NCBI GenBank assembly: GCA_030324005.1
Contig: JARDVH010000140.1
Coordinates: 34,765,178 to 34,825,484 of the forward strand
DNA: 60,307 nucleotides
DNA from: Negaprion brevirostris
Lineage: Eukaryota
Direction: 5' to 3'
Of the stretch, positions 13,630-25,412 are shown piece after piece (position 1 is the stretch's first letter; every line of letters begins with the position of its first letter). Both the position numbers and the translations under genes were made by a program. The notes under the pieces are model-generated. The model was not told the origin of the DNA. It did not search any database and saw only the letters and a program-made list of their open reading frames with translations.

Positions 13630-13995
13630 GAGCGGCGGTGGCCTAGTGGTATTATCGCAACACTATTAATCCAGAAACTCAGCTAATATTCTGGGGACCC
13701 AGGTTTGAATCCCACCAAGACAGATGGTGGAATTTGAATTCAATAAAAAATATCTGGAATTAAGAATCTACTGATGATCTTGAAACTATTGTCGATTATT
13801 GTAAAAACCCATCTGGTTCGACAATGCCCTTTAGGAAAGGAAATCTGCCATTCTTACCTGGTCTTGCCCACATGTAACTCCAGAGCCACAGTAATATGGT
13901 TGACTCTCAATTGCCCTCCAAGGACAACTAGGGATGGGCAATAAATGCTGGCCGATTAGTGACACCCACCTCTCACGAATGAATAATAGAAATAA
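13630..13995 (+). mobile_element. tRNA-headed SINE (family B), near full length
   Basis: A-box-like ggtggcctagtgg, B-box-like ggtttgaatccc, A-rich tail. Confidence 0.75.
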
Positions 13996-14014
13996 AACTT
14001 GGGTAGAGTTCAGA

Positions 14015-14357
14015 ACCGGCACAGTGACACAGTGGTTAGCACTGCTGCCTCACAGGGACCCAGGTTCAATTCCGGCCTTGGGTCACTGTTTGTGTGGAAT
14101 TTGCGTGTTCTCCCTGTGTCTGTGTGGGTTTCCTCTGGGTGCTCCAAGTTCCTCTCACACTCCACAGATGTGCAGGTTAGGTTGATTGGCCATGATAAAT
14201 TGCCCCTTCGTGTCAGGTGGATTAGGAGGGTAAATATGTAGGTTTACAAGGATAGGACCTGGGTAAATATGTGGGGTTATGGGGACAGAATTGTTGTTGG
14301 TGCAGGCTTGATGGGCTAAATGGCCTCCTTCTGCACTGTAGGGATTCTATGATTCTA
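14015..14357 (+). mobile_element. HE1-type SINE
   Basis: Head, core and gattctat tail as in other copies. Confidence 0.85.
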
Positions 14358-15473
14358 TCTCCCAAATAGCTGAAAGTACAATAAAGGAAGGAACTGTGGA
14401 ATGTATGAGAGGCCAGTGTTCGAAAAATGTAAAGTTTGTTGCAGAAATAGGGAGTGGCGAGGTCATGGGAGTATTTGAACCTCTGGACAAGATTTTTAAA
14501 ATTGAGATTGAGGTGCATAGGAATCCATGCAGAATGGCCATGTGCTTGAGGTTGGGGGGCTGTGGAACTGTACAGAATAAGGTAGCTTCTTTAGTCCAAA
14601 CAAAAGCAAGACAAGTACTCCTAACAGACTGAATAAGAATCACAAGAAACCCTCAGCTGTTACCATCTTCCCTTCAGTACTCCCTCCCCCTTTGAATGTC
14701 CTTTGCAAATTATAGGAGGTTTACCCACCAATCTCATTGCCGATGGGTCAGACACAATCTCTTCTCGGGCTGCTGTGAGGAGAACAGGGCTCTGACCGCT
14801 TTGGATAGAGTTAGTACCTGTCCAGCACTTGCTGCGAAGTGACACAGATCCTAACTGATTAGCTGCTGGTGATAATATACAGAAGCTTTTTGAGTGCCTG
14901 TTCTTAACAATCTTGATCAAAGAAACATTTCTTGGCTTTGTAGCTGGATGTTATTAAAATTTAACTGCGCTGTAAAAAATAAATCACAAGTTATGCGGTA
15001 CTTAATCTTTGGAAACCAATCCCCAAACGAGAGCGAGAGGATCTGCACACATTACACTCATTCCAAAGCTTCTCCCCACAAGAATTGGGGCAGTGCACTG
15101 ACAGCTGTCCCTGTTGTCACCAGAATTGCACAGACACATTGAGGGGACAGGGAGATAGAGACAGCACACAGACTCCTCTCTATTGGCCTCTGCTGGAGAA
15201 AGTAGCTGTTGTGAGGTCAGGAGGGTGGGGGATGATGTGTCAGTTGGCAGTCAACGTTCGCTACCGAGGCTCACACAGGAAGAATAAACACTTAGAAAAG
15301 GTAAAGATAAAGAGATAGCTGGAGAGCTAGGAGCAGTATGGTGGCATGGTGATTAACACTGCTGCCTCACACCACCCGGGTTCAATCCAGACCTCAGGTG
15401 GGAATTTGTGCATTCTTCCCGTGTCTGCGCGGGGGTTTCCTCTGGATGCTCCGGGGGAGGGGTGGGGGGAAAC

Positions 15474-15666
15474 AGTACTGCACCCAGCAGGATGCCCCAA
15501 CAAGCAAGTGGGTGGGTTGGGGTGCTGGTGGAGGAATAGAGATCATTACTTCCAGCAGGAGAGTCCCAGCAGGGGAATGGGGAGGGGAAAATGGGATCAT
15601 TGCACCCAGCAGGATGTCCCAGCAGGGGGAGGGGTGAATGTGGATCACTGCACCCAGCAAGATGTT
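15474..15666. repeat. ~55-60 bp tandem repeat, about 4 units, following a truncated SINE
   Basis: Recurrent (c)actgcacccagcaggatg(t/c)ccc. Confidence 0.7.
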
Positions 15667-16814
15667 TCTGCTTTTTCTGCAAGATGTTTTAGCTTTTAGA
15701 GGAAAAGCTAAATTAGAAACAATAACAAATTCACTTTCTGAAGTTTCTTTACAATGGGAAGCATGGTAACGTATTGTTCAAAGCAGGAGAAATCCCCTAA
15801 GTGTGCCACACTCTCCATCCTCCCTCATGCCTCAGTGAGCTGCCAGGTATTTATATACCTGTCGGAAGTGCCTTTTCTGACTTCAAAGCAATAATGAACA
15901 CCACAAACCATTTCCTAATTAATATGTTGACAAGAATCCCATTCATCTGGTTTGGGAGCTTACCACAGACGGCTTTGCTGTACTTTCATGGACAGGATGT
16001 GAATGGGAGCAGGTAAAGCTGGTGTCACAGCCTGTCTCCATTCATAAATCTCACTTTGAAATGTGGGTATGTGTGAGGCGAGACTCCTGTTTCATAAAAG
16101 AATGAACTTGCAAAGCCTCAGAACTTTATTTGGTGGGAGACAGGAGTTCCGGCTAATTCCACTCAATCCTGCTTTGGATGGGATTATGACCTAATATCTT
16201 GATAGATTGACTGTAAGGCTGATATATATTAACGGGACGATCATAGCCACTTATGTGTTAGCCTTTTTCTTTAGTCTAGAAATTGGAAGGCAAGCCTTGT
16301 GGGAATTCATTACTGCTCCAAAAATGTGCAAGTTAAGTTAATTGGCCTTGATAAATTGCCCCTAGTGTCAGGGGGATTAGGAGGGTAAATATGTGGAACT
16401 GTGATGCTGGGACATGAGTGGGATTGTTGTTGGTGCAGGCTCGATGGGCCAAATGGCCTCCTTCTGCATTGTAGATTCTATGGCTCTCCTTTCATTTCAG
16501 CTTTCTCTCTCGCTCTCTCGGGAGCCTATTCTGAAACTGTTCTCTAATCTCCTTCAGCGCTAAAACCTTCCAAGAACCCTGCCTAATCCAACTTTTGGCT
16601 CTTGTGTATTCCAAATTTTCAATGTAAAGAGTGATAAAAATGCTTCTCTCTCCACAGATGCTGCCAGACCTGCTGAATCTTTCCAGCATTTTCTGCTTTA
16701 TTCTCAATTTTGATTGTCCCACTATTGTAGGCCTTGCCCTCGGCTCCAAGTTCTGGAGGACACACCCTAGTCCTCTCTGACCTCTCTAATCCTGCCCCTC
16801 CCCCCCACCACCTC

Positions 16815-17185
16815 CACCATTCAACATATCATTGATGAAGATGAACATCTCGCCAGGGCTATCCCCACACCCCCCCTTCTTGCCTTCAGACAACCACACA
16901 ACCTCAAACAGACCATTGTTTGCAGCAAACTACCCAGCCTTCAGGAGAACAGNNNNNNNNNNNNNNNNNNNNNNNNNNNNNNNNNNNNNNNNNNNNNNNN
17001 NNNNNNNNNNNNNNNNNNNNNNNNNNNNNNNNNNNNNNNNNNNNNNNNNNNNNNNNNNNNNNNNNNNNNNNNNNNNNNNNNNNNNCATTCACCTGACGAA
17101 GGGACTAACCCTGAAAGCTTGTGAGACTATTATCAAATAAATCGGTTGGACTAAAACCTGGTGTTGTCAGACTTTTTACTGTGCT
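16815..17185 (+). mobile_element. Penelope-like element fragment spanning a gap, with minimal hammerhead motif at 17089-17124
   Basis: PPLLAFRQPHNLKQTIVCSKLP before the gap; tcac-CTGACGA-aggg actaa ccct-GAAA-gctt-gtga after it. Confidence 0.8.
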
Positions 17186-17896
17186 TCTCCCACAGTCCAA
17201 AGATGTTTAGATGGATTGTCCATGCCAAATTGCCCATTAGTATGAGGGGGATTAGCAGGATAAATAGGTGAGGTTGAAGGGATAGGCCCTGGGCAGTATT
17301 ATTGTTGGTGCAGGCTCAATGGGCCAAATAGCCTCTTTCTGCTCTTATTTTCTATGTTTCTATTCCCATGACAGAGAATGCTACTATAGCCCTGAGAAGG
17401 AATAACAGGGATAGGAGGTCCAATGGGATCCTAATTTCATGTATCATTAAGTTTAATTGTAATTTAATTTTAATGCCTGTTCACATGGAGTGTGGAGGAT
17501 AAAGGATGAAGATATCTGTCTGAAGACAGCAATGCTGAGGTTTATATGGAACTATACAAAATAAACTGGACAAGGATGAACTGGGGCAGCCTATCCACAC
17601 CTTCCATCCATTTTACAGCTCTTTTCTGCCTGTCTCTTTGGATTGAACACACACTGTGAGTACTACCAAGATCCCTTTCATTGGAGATTCTTCATTCTGC
17701 CTGCTGTCTCAAATGGGTTGGTGCTCTGGAGCTGAGTTGTCTGGAATAGGCTGATAGGAAGACCCATTAACTGGGGAGCTGGCTTTATAACTGGGACATC
17801 GATCTGCCATTGCTTCTGCCTTTTGATCTTCCTCTTTTTCATACTCTCTCCTTCCCTGAACAAACCTCTCTGTACTAGGCTCACACTTTCAGTTTA

Positions 17897-18250
17897 ATCA
17901 TAGAATCCCTACAGTGGAGAATGAGGCTATTCAGCCCATCATGTCTGCATCACCCACAATCCTACCCAGGCCCTGTCTTCATGATCCTACTTGTTTACTC
18001 TGCTGACCCCTGGCACTAAGGGACAATTTAGCATGGCCAATCAACCTAACCTGTACATTTTTGGACTGGGAGGAAACCAGAGCATGCAGAGGAAACCCAT
18101 GCAAACATAGGGAGAATGTGCAAACTCCACACAGACAGTCACCCAAGCTGGGAATCAAACCCAGGTTCCTGGGGCTATGAGGCAGCAATGCGAACCATTG
18201 TTCCATCCCCTGTGCCACTGTGCCGCACCCCACCCCTCCGTGCCACCGTG
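17897..18250 (-). mobile_element. HE1-type SINE
   Basis: Reverse complement of the SINE consensus; head duplicated. Confidence 0.85.
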
Positions 18251-19021
18251 CAGCCCCTTCCTAAAGCTGTTATAACAAAAGGTACACATTTTCTCGTATT
18301 GGTGTCATTTCTCTCCTACTTACATTGTTCTTAAAAAATGGTCCACATAAATTTTATCTGAGCTAACATTTTCATATGTTTCCTCTTGGTTTTCAGGAAG
18401 AACAGCTATTGAGAAGAACTGAGTGAATAGTCTTAACTCACCTTTAGGAAGTTAGATACTACACATTGATATTGCACAATATTAATTAAGCTGCCTGTTG
18501 GCTTTGGGGAAGCTGGGGCCTTATAGTACAACCTTTAATGAAGACATTAAAAAGCATAGATCAATAAATTAAATGACGGTATGAAATATTTAATTTAAAA
18601 ATAGCTGTTTCAAAGTTCAACACAAATTAAAACGCAAACAAAAACAAGAGGTCAAGTTGCTTCGACAGAAAATGAGCACAGGATTAGAGAGATGAGGGTT
18701 GAAATTCCCCAAACTTGCCCACGGCTGGGATTCTCCAGTCCCGCTGCTATGAATGGAGATTAGTCTGAGCGCCAAAGTCTCTTTTTTCACTGGCAATGGC
18801 AGCAGGGTGTGTGAGACTGGAGAATTCCAGGTGATATTTTCCTTGGATGTAAAGGCAGTCATCCGCCTGCAAGTTCCCCTCCAAGCCACTCACCATCCTG
18901 ACTTGGAAAATATCATCGTTCCATCATAGTTGCTGGGTCAAAATCCTGGAATTCCCTCTCCCAGAGTATTGTGCATAATTCCCCAGTATATGGACTGCAG
19001 CGATTCAAGACAATGTATTCG

Positions 19022-19863
19022 GAATGGTCAAATGGACAAATACGTGGCAGATGGAATTTAATCTTGGAAAGTGTGAGGTGACCCATTATGGAAGGGGTAA
19101 TTTGACAAGAAATACTCAATGAATGGTAAGACAGTAGGAAATTCTGTGGAACAAAGGGACATTGGCATGTTTATCCACAGATCTCTGAAGGCGGAAAGGC
19201 ATGTTAGTAAGGTGGTGAAAAAATATCATATTGAACACTTGCCATTATCAGTCAATACATAGATTACAAAAGCAGGAAAGTCATGTCGGTGTTGTACAGA
19301 ACTTTGGTGAGGCCACCGCTGGAATACTGTGTGAAGTTCTGGTCACCATGTTATAGGAAGGATGTTGTTGCACTGATGGAGGTGCAGAGGAGACTCACCA
19401 GGGTGCCGCCTAAGATGAAAAATTTAAGTTATGAAGAGAGATTGCGTAAGTTTGGGTTGTTTTCATTGGAGCAGAGAAGGCTGAGGGGTGACCTGATCGA
19501 GGTGTTGAAGATTATGAGAGACATGGACAGAGTGGATAAGGACAGCTGCTCCCCATAGTTGAAGGGTCAGTTGCAAGGGGACATAAGCTCAAGGTGTGGG
19601 GCTGGAGGTTTAAGGGGATGTGAGGAAAAATCTTTTTTACCCAAAGGGTGGTGACAGTCTGGATTGTGCTGCCTAGGAAGCTGGTAGAGGCGGGTTGCCT
19701 CACATTCTTTAAAAGGTACCTGGATGAGCACTCGGAACATCATAACATTCAGGGCAATGGGCTAAGTGTTGGATTAGGTGGGAGTTCAGCTGTTTCTAAT
19801 GTGTCAGTGCAAACTCAATGGGCTGAAGGGCCTCATCTGCACTGCATGGTTCTATGATTCTAT
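19022..19863 (+). mobile_element. CR1/HER1-type LINE 3' portion
   Basis: LYRTLVRPPLEYCVKFWSPCYRKDVVALMEVQRRLTR...LSYEERLRKFGLFSLEQRRLRGDLIEV; ends in ttctatgattctat tail shared with the HE1-type SINEs. Confidence 0.9.
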
Positions 19864-21576
19864 AGCTCTTGGAGTGAAGAGGATCAAAGGATATGGGTGG
19901 AAGGCAGGAACCGGGCATTGAGTTAGATGATCAGCAATGGTCATAATGAATGGGGGAGCAGACTCGAAGGGCTGAGTGGCCTACTGTGGCTCCTATTTTC
20001 TATGAAAGAACAAATAGTTGAAAATTTTCAATTCCCAGTAAAAGTCAACAAGAAGTGCAAAGAACACATCCAATAATACTGGAGTTCCATTTAAAGATAT
20101 ACAAGGCCAGTTTGGACAAGTTTTACTGGCCCCATCCATTTCGATGCTTTCTTTTGAGATTTATTACTAACTAAATTAATATTTCAAGAATATAAATTGA
20201 TTGACATACACAGTTAGTACCATAAACATAGCTGTGTTACTATTTGTATTTACCATCTAGTTTATAAATCTTTCATTTTTTGTGAAACACGCCTTTGTAA
20301 GCCAGAGTTGCTTGAATATCCTGAACAATCTTTCCTTGCTTCTTAAGTGATTTAATTACTCAGGTTAATCATCAAGACAACCAGAGGCAAAATGATCTTT
20401 CCCATATTTTGCCTTTCTCATGGAAAAATACAGCATTGACTCAAAGCGTGGGAGAAGTGGGTATGCCATGGAATTCTTTGTTTGAGTCAAAATCCTGTGT
20501 CAGTCAGATATGAACCATGCTTATGTGGAATTGACTGGAGCAGAACAGTGTTTTCAGAGCATTGGCAACTCTTCAACCTTGTAATAGTTCATTGTGTTTG
20601 TACAAAAGCATTGACTGCACAGACTTCAAGGTTGTTAAATACAGGGTAATGGAGAACTAGCAGCCTGTGACAAGCCCACAGCACGGCTAAAGGATTGACA
20701 TTACATCATCGACTGCAGACTATAGATCAATGGTTTGTCTCCATCGATTGGACGCAGTTTGCCCGTCGCCTGTTTTAANNNNNNNNNNTTCAGCCCCCCC
20801 CCCCACCCCTCGATTTTCCATTCTTTTCCTGAAGGAGCTGACTCTTGAAGCACTGCTCACCCCGTTGGTACCTCACCCGAGTTGTTGTTCTTTCAGTGGG
20901 AAAGTGGAGAATGAACATTGGCAGAACAGCTCTCTCGGAGTAGGCACTGCAGCTAAGTACAGACCTGCTCTCACGCTTATATTCACTAGCACAATTTTCA
21001 GCAGAGGTCACTGGACAGCAGCCAATAATGGAAGCCAGACTGACACTTGCCCCCTCACCGGCCCAAAGCACTGAGTTAAAATCTCCACCAAATCTTGGGG
21101 CAAAACTACCAATTCAGCACAAACTGGGTAGTGCCCCTTGAGATAATTTCTAAATAGGGCAGAACACCTGCCAGTTGAGATATTTGGCATGATCTGATTG
21201 CCCACTCATATTGATGACAACAATATAAAGGCATTCACACTGACATATAATATACTGATAATAAGGACAGTACAGAAGGCCCTGCTGTATCTATCACAGA
21301 GCTAAAAGACCTTTAGAGGTGAGGAAGACCATTTCCCTTAATTCCTTCATTCAGGAAGTGTCACCATTCTGGCACCCATTGAGAGGATTGTTCCCCTCCA
21401 TTACTTCACCTGTGAGTTTGTTCCAGGTGTCGATCATTTTCTGTGAGGAGGAAACCCTGACTTCTGACTTTGACTCATTTGAATTACAAATTCAGTTTTC
21501 CATTATTCACCTTTCCCAAACCCTTCACTATCTGTAAAAGTTCTCTGCCTGAGCTGCCCCAGACAGAAACATTTAC

Positions 21577-21918
21577 ATAAGAACATAAGAACATAAATAG
21601 GAGCAGGAGTAGGCCATCTAGCCCTTCGAGCCTGCCCCGCCATTCAATAAGATCATGGCTNNNNNNNNNNNNNNNNNNNNNNNNNNNNNNNNNNNNNNNN
21701 NNNNNNNNNNNNNNNNNNNNNNNNNNNNNNNNNNNNNNNNNNNNNNNNNNNNNNNNNNNNTATCCATATGCCTATCCACTGACCATTTGAATGCCCTTAA
21801 AGTTGGCGAGTCCACAACTGCTGCAGGCAGGGCATTCGCACCCTCACTACCCTCTGAGTAAAGAACCTACCTCTGACATCCGTCCTATAATTATCACCCC
21901 TCAATTTAAAGCTATGTT
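21577..21918 (-). mobile_element. CR1-type LINE 3' end
   Basis: (cataagaa)n tail, taggagcaggagtaggccatc...ccattcaataagatcatggct, and ORF remnant DSPTLRAFKWSVDRHMD. Confidence 0.8.
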
Positions 21919-22669
21919 TGTCATGCTGAGATTTACAGGTCCCCTTCAACCTCACCCTTAGCTATTACCAACACCATTCACAACAACCCTGTGTATATTA
22001 CCAGACCAGGAGATATGCTAGGAATTAGCAGGATATGTATAGTTTTAGGGCAGTTTTCTACCAACCCCCAAGTGGGAGGTGCGGTAAAATCGCAGGGAGT
22101 TGTGTCAGATTGGCCCCCTGACCACTTTTCACCATGGGGGAATTTTACCAACAGCAGGACAGGAATCAGAAGGCTGCCTATCCCAGAGATGTTCTAAGCA
22201 TTTGTAAAACAAGGATGGGGGAGGGTGGTCGCTGGCAGGAAGGGCAATTCCCACAGCCTGACGGGACATTCATTTCCCCAAAGAGGTTTCCACATCCAGT
22301 GACCTGTCCTGGAATTTTTGAAAGATATTATTTGGTTTACCTTCTGTATAAGTTGCAAGACCCTCACCTGGCCACTACTCCTGGTGGCACCACTGAGCTG
22401 CCAGCCCTCAGATTTGGCTGCAGCTCTTGGAGACCAGCTCTCCATCTTGAGTAAGATGGCAGTCGCCATTTGTTCCACATCCTGCTGGATTCCTGTGTGT
22501 GCTGGCAACACACATATTGGGCTGCCTGCTCGATTGGCACAATTCAGATCATAGACTATATTAAAGCCCTGATCCAGGATTGGTATTTGAGACAAATTTG
22601 ACCCTACTCTACTAGCAGAAACCAGATAAGTGGTTATTGTCAGGTTGCCTTATTTAGGCCCTATTTTTA

Positions 22670-22975
22670 GTGGTGGCACAGTGGTTAGCACTGCTGCCTT
22701 ACAGCACCAGTGACCCAGGTTCAATGCAGGCCTCTGTTCACTGCCTGTGTGGAGTTGGGACATTCTCCTTGTGTTTGTGTGGATTTCCTCCAGGGGCTCC
22801 GGTTTCCTTCTACCGTGCAAAGAAATGCGGGTTAGATGGATTGGCCATGTTAAATTGCCCCATAATGTCAGGGGGACTAGCAGTGTAAATACATGAGGTT
22901 AGGGGGATAGGGTCTGGGTGGATTGTGGNNNNNNNNNNNNNNNNNNNNNNNTGGCCTCCTGTAGGGATTCTATGA
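22670..22975 (+). mobile_element. HE1-type SINE
   Basis: Head, core and tail present. Confidence 0.85.
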
Positions 22976-24404
22976 TCGGATTCTAATGCCCACGAGATCC
23001 ATGGGGAATCATTGATTGATCTCCCTGTGGAGCTCGTTGAGTATGAGTTCCCCTGGTAACAGGCAGTGGTCTGCCCAGCTGGAAATCATTCCCTGAGCCT
23101 TTTATAAGACAGATCCAGGACTGGGCCTGCTGAACTGTAGTCGTAGATGGTGATTAATGTGTGCACATGGTTTTATTTTGCATTCTATAATAACCAATAT
23201 TCCTTTTCAGCCATGCTTCCTGAGCCGTTACACCCGGTTTTCTGAGCAGGTGGCAACATTACCCACCTGAGCCCAGCACAAAATATAACAGTTCTCAGCT
23301 TCATATTTCTTTTTGTATTTCTTCTTGTCTTTCTGTCTGATTCTCAAAGTCCCGTGTTGACAAGGGCAGGCTCAAGTCATTTCTAGGAGTCTTCAGTCAT
23401 AAACCTGCACTGAGGCAATATGAACTGTAGAGTAATAGGTTAATAGATATGTTATTGAGACTATGAAGATATTAATGATATAAACTTGTGATCAGCAGTC
23501 AGATCACCAAGAGGCTCCAAGCTAGACTTTGAACAACCTTTGTCCTGAATACCATACACTTTCCTTGATGTTAGCTGGAAGGTTAGATGGATTAGCCATG
23601 AAAACTGCATGGGATAACTAAAATAAAGGTAGAGGGTGGGCCTGGATAAGATGCTCTTTCTGAGAATTGGCGCAGACTTGATGGACTGAATGGCCTCCTT
23701 CTGCACTGTAGGGATTCTGTCCTTCGATGTCTTTGCAAATAGTTCTTTAATTGTTCAAATTTAAACCATACTGATTATCTCAAGTCTTTCATAGGGAAGT
23801 GAAGCCTCATCAAGATCCAGCAGGACTCAAAAGTATGGAATCAGCAAAGCATCATGAATGCTTGGCAAAGACATTACAACATGGTGGCAGCGTGGAAGCC
23901 TTGCCTAGACAGCTACCGCCACAGATCAGTGACATGTAGGCGAAGATCAGGCCTGAAAAGTAACACTGTGAGGCACAATGTTGCTAGCCACTGAGCAACC
24001 ACTATCCCTCCCACAAACTTTCCAACACATTGATGTGCTGAGTGACCTTGATGTTACAAAGCAACTACAGGAACAGGCCTATAAATCTTTATATACAACG
24101 GAAGCTATAGCTAACAATGTCCTGAAGTAGCAAGGCATTGAGAAATCTTTTGCATCATATGCTGAGGTTTATGGGGGTATTGATTAAAAATTCAGCCCCA
24201 GGAAGAATTTGGTAATAGACAGAGCGAATTCCAATCCGAGAACCAAATGCCAAGGAAGTCCATCCATCCCTTCATTAATGATCTATATTGGTGAGCAAAT
24301 AGCTGCAGTTATGGAGTTTTACAACACAAATTGATTAGAGATTATATTGTTGTCATCATTGATGAAGCACTGTCCTACTTGTAACAATCAAAAGAGTATA
24401 AGGC

Positions 24405-24725
24405 ATGGGTGGCATGGTGGCACAACGATTAGCACTGCAGCCTCACAGAGCCAGGGACCCGGGTTCAATTCCAACATTATGGACTGTGTGGAGTTTTCAT
24501 GCTCTCCCCCTGTCTACGTGGGTTTCCTCTGGGTGCTCCAGTCTCCTCCCACAGTCCAATGAAGTGCAGGTTAGGTTAATTGGCCATGATAAATTGCTCT
24601 TTAGTGTCATGTGAATTAGTAGAGTAAATACGTGGGGTTACAGGGCTAGGGCCTTGGTGAGATTGTGTTGGTGCAGGCTCATTGGGCTGAATGGCCTCTT
24701 TCTGCACTGTAGGGAGTCTATGATT
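24405..24725 (+). mobile_element. HE1-type SINE
   Basis: Head, core and tail present. Confidence 0.85.
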
Positions 24726-25069
24726 TTAAGATCTGACTCTAGAGAAGGCTGAACAGGCAGGCTGAGTTGAGATGCTGAGGTTTGGGAGGGGTCAGTCCAA
24801 TGCATAGGCTCAAGGTAGGGAGCCCTGTCCATTGAAAAGCCCATGAAAAAAGACTGCCACAACCATCAAGGCAGCGGGGAGAACTCTTCCATCTGGATGC
24901 AGCAACCACAGACAACAGTGCTAGGAAGACTGTCCAGCAGGGGGAGCTGAATGCTTTCTGTGTGGCAGGACTGGTCATATTAAATAGTTTTGTAAACAAA
25001 AAAAAACAGCATTAAAAGGGCAGAAAGGTAGAACATGTTCCCAGCCAGTTTGAAATAGGCGATACACAA

Positions 25070-25412
25070 TGGCACGGAGGCACAGTGGTTAGCACTGCTG
25101 CTTCACAGCGCCGGTGACCTGGATTCAATTCTGGTCTTGGGTCACTGTCTGTGTGGAGTTTGCACATTCTCTCTGTGTCTGTGTGGGTTTCCTCTGGGTA
25201 CTCTAGTTTCCTCTCACAGTCCAAAGATTAGGTTAGGTGGACCCGCCATGCTAAATTGCCCCTTTGTGTTCCAAGATGAGTAGGTTAAGCCATGGGAAAT
25301 GTGTGGGGTTGCGTGGATAGGGCGGGGAGAGGGCCTGGGTGGGATACTCTGTCTGAGAGTCGGTGCAGACTCGATGGGCCAAATGGCACCTTCTGTACCA
25401 TAGGGATTCTAC
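25070..25412 (+). mobile_element. HE1-type SINE
   Basis: Head, core and tail present. Confidence 0.85.

Noticed and set aside
13630..13720. tRNA gene
   Set aside because: The A/B boxes belong to a SINE head; there is no cloverleaf.
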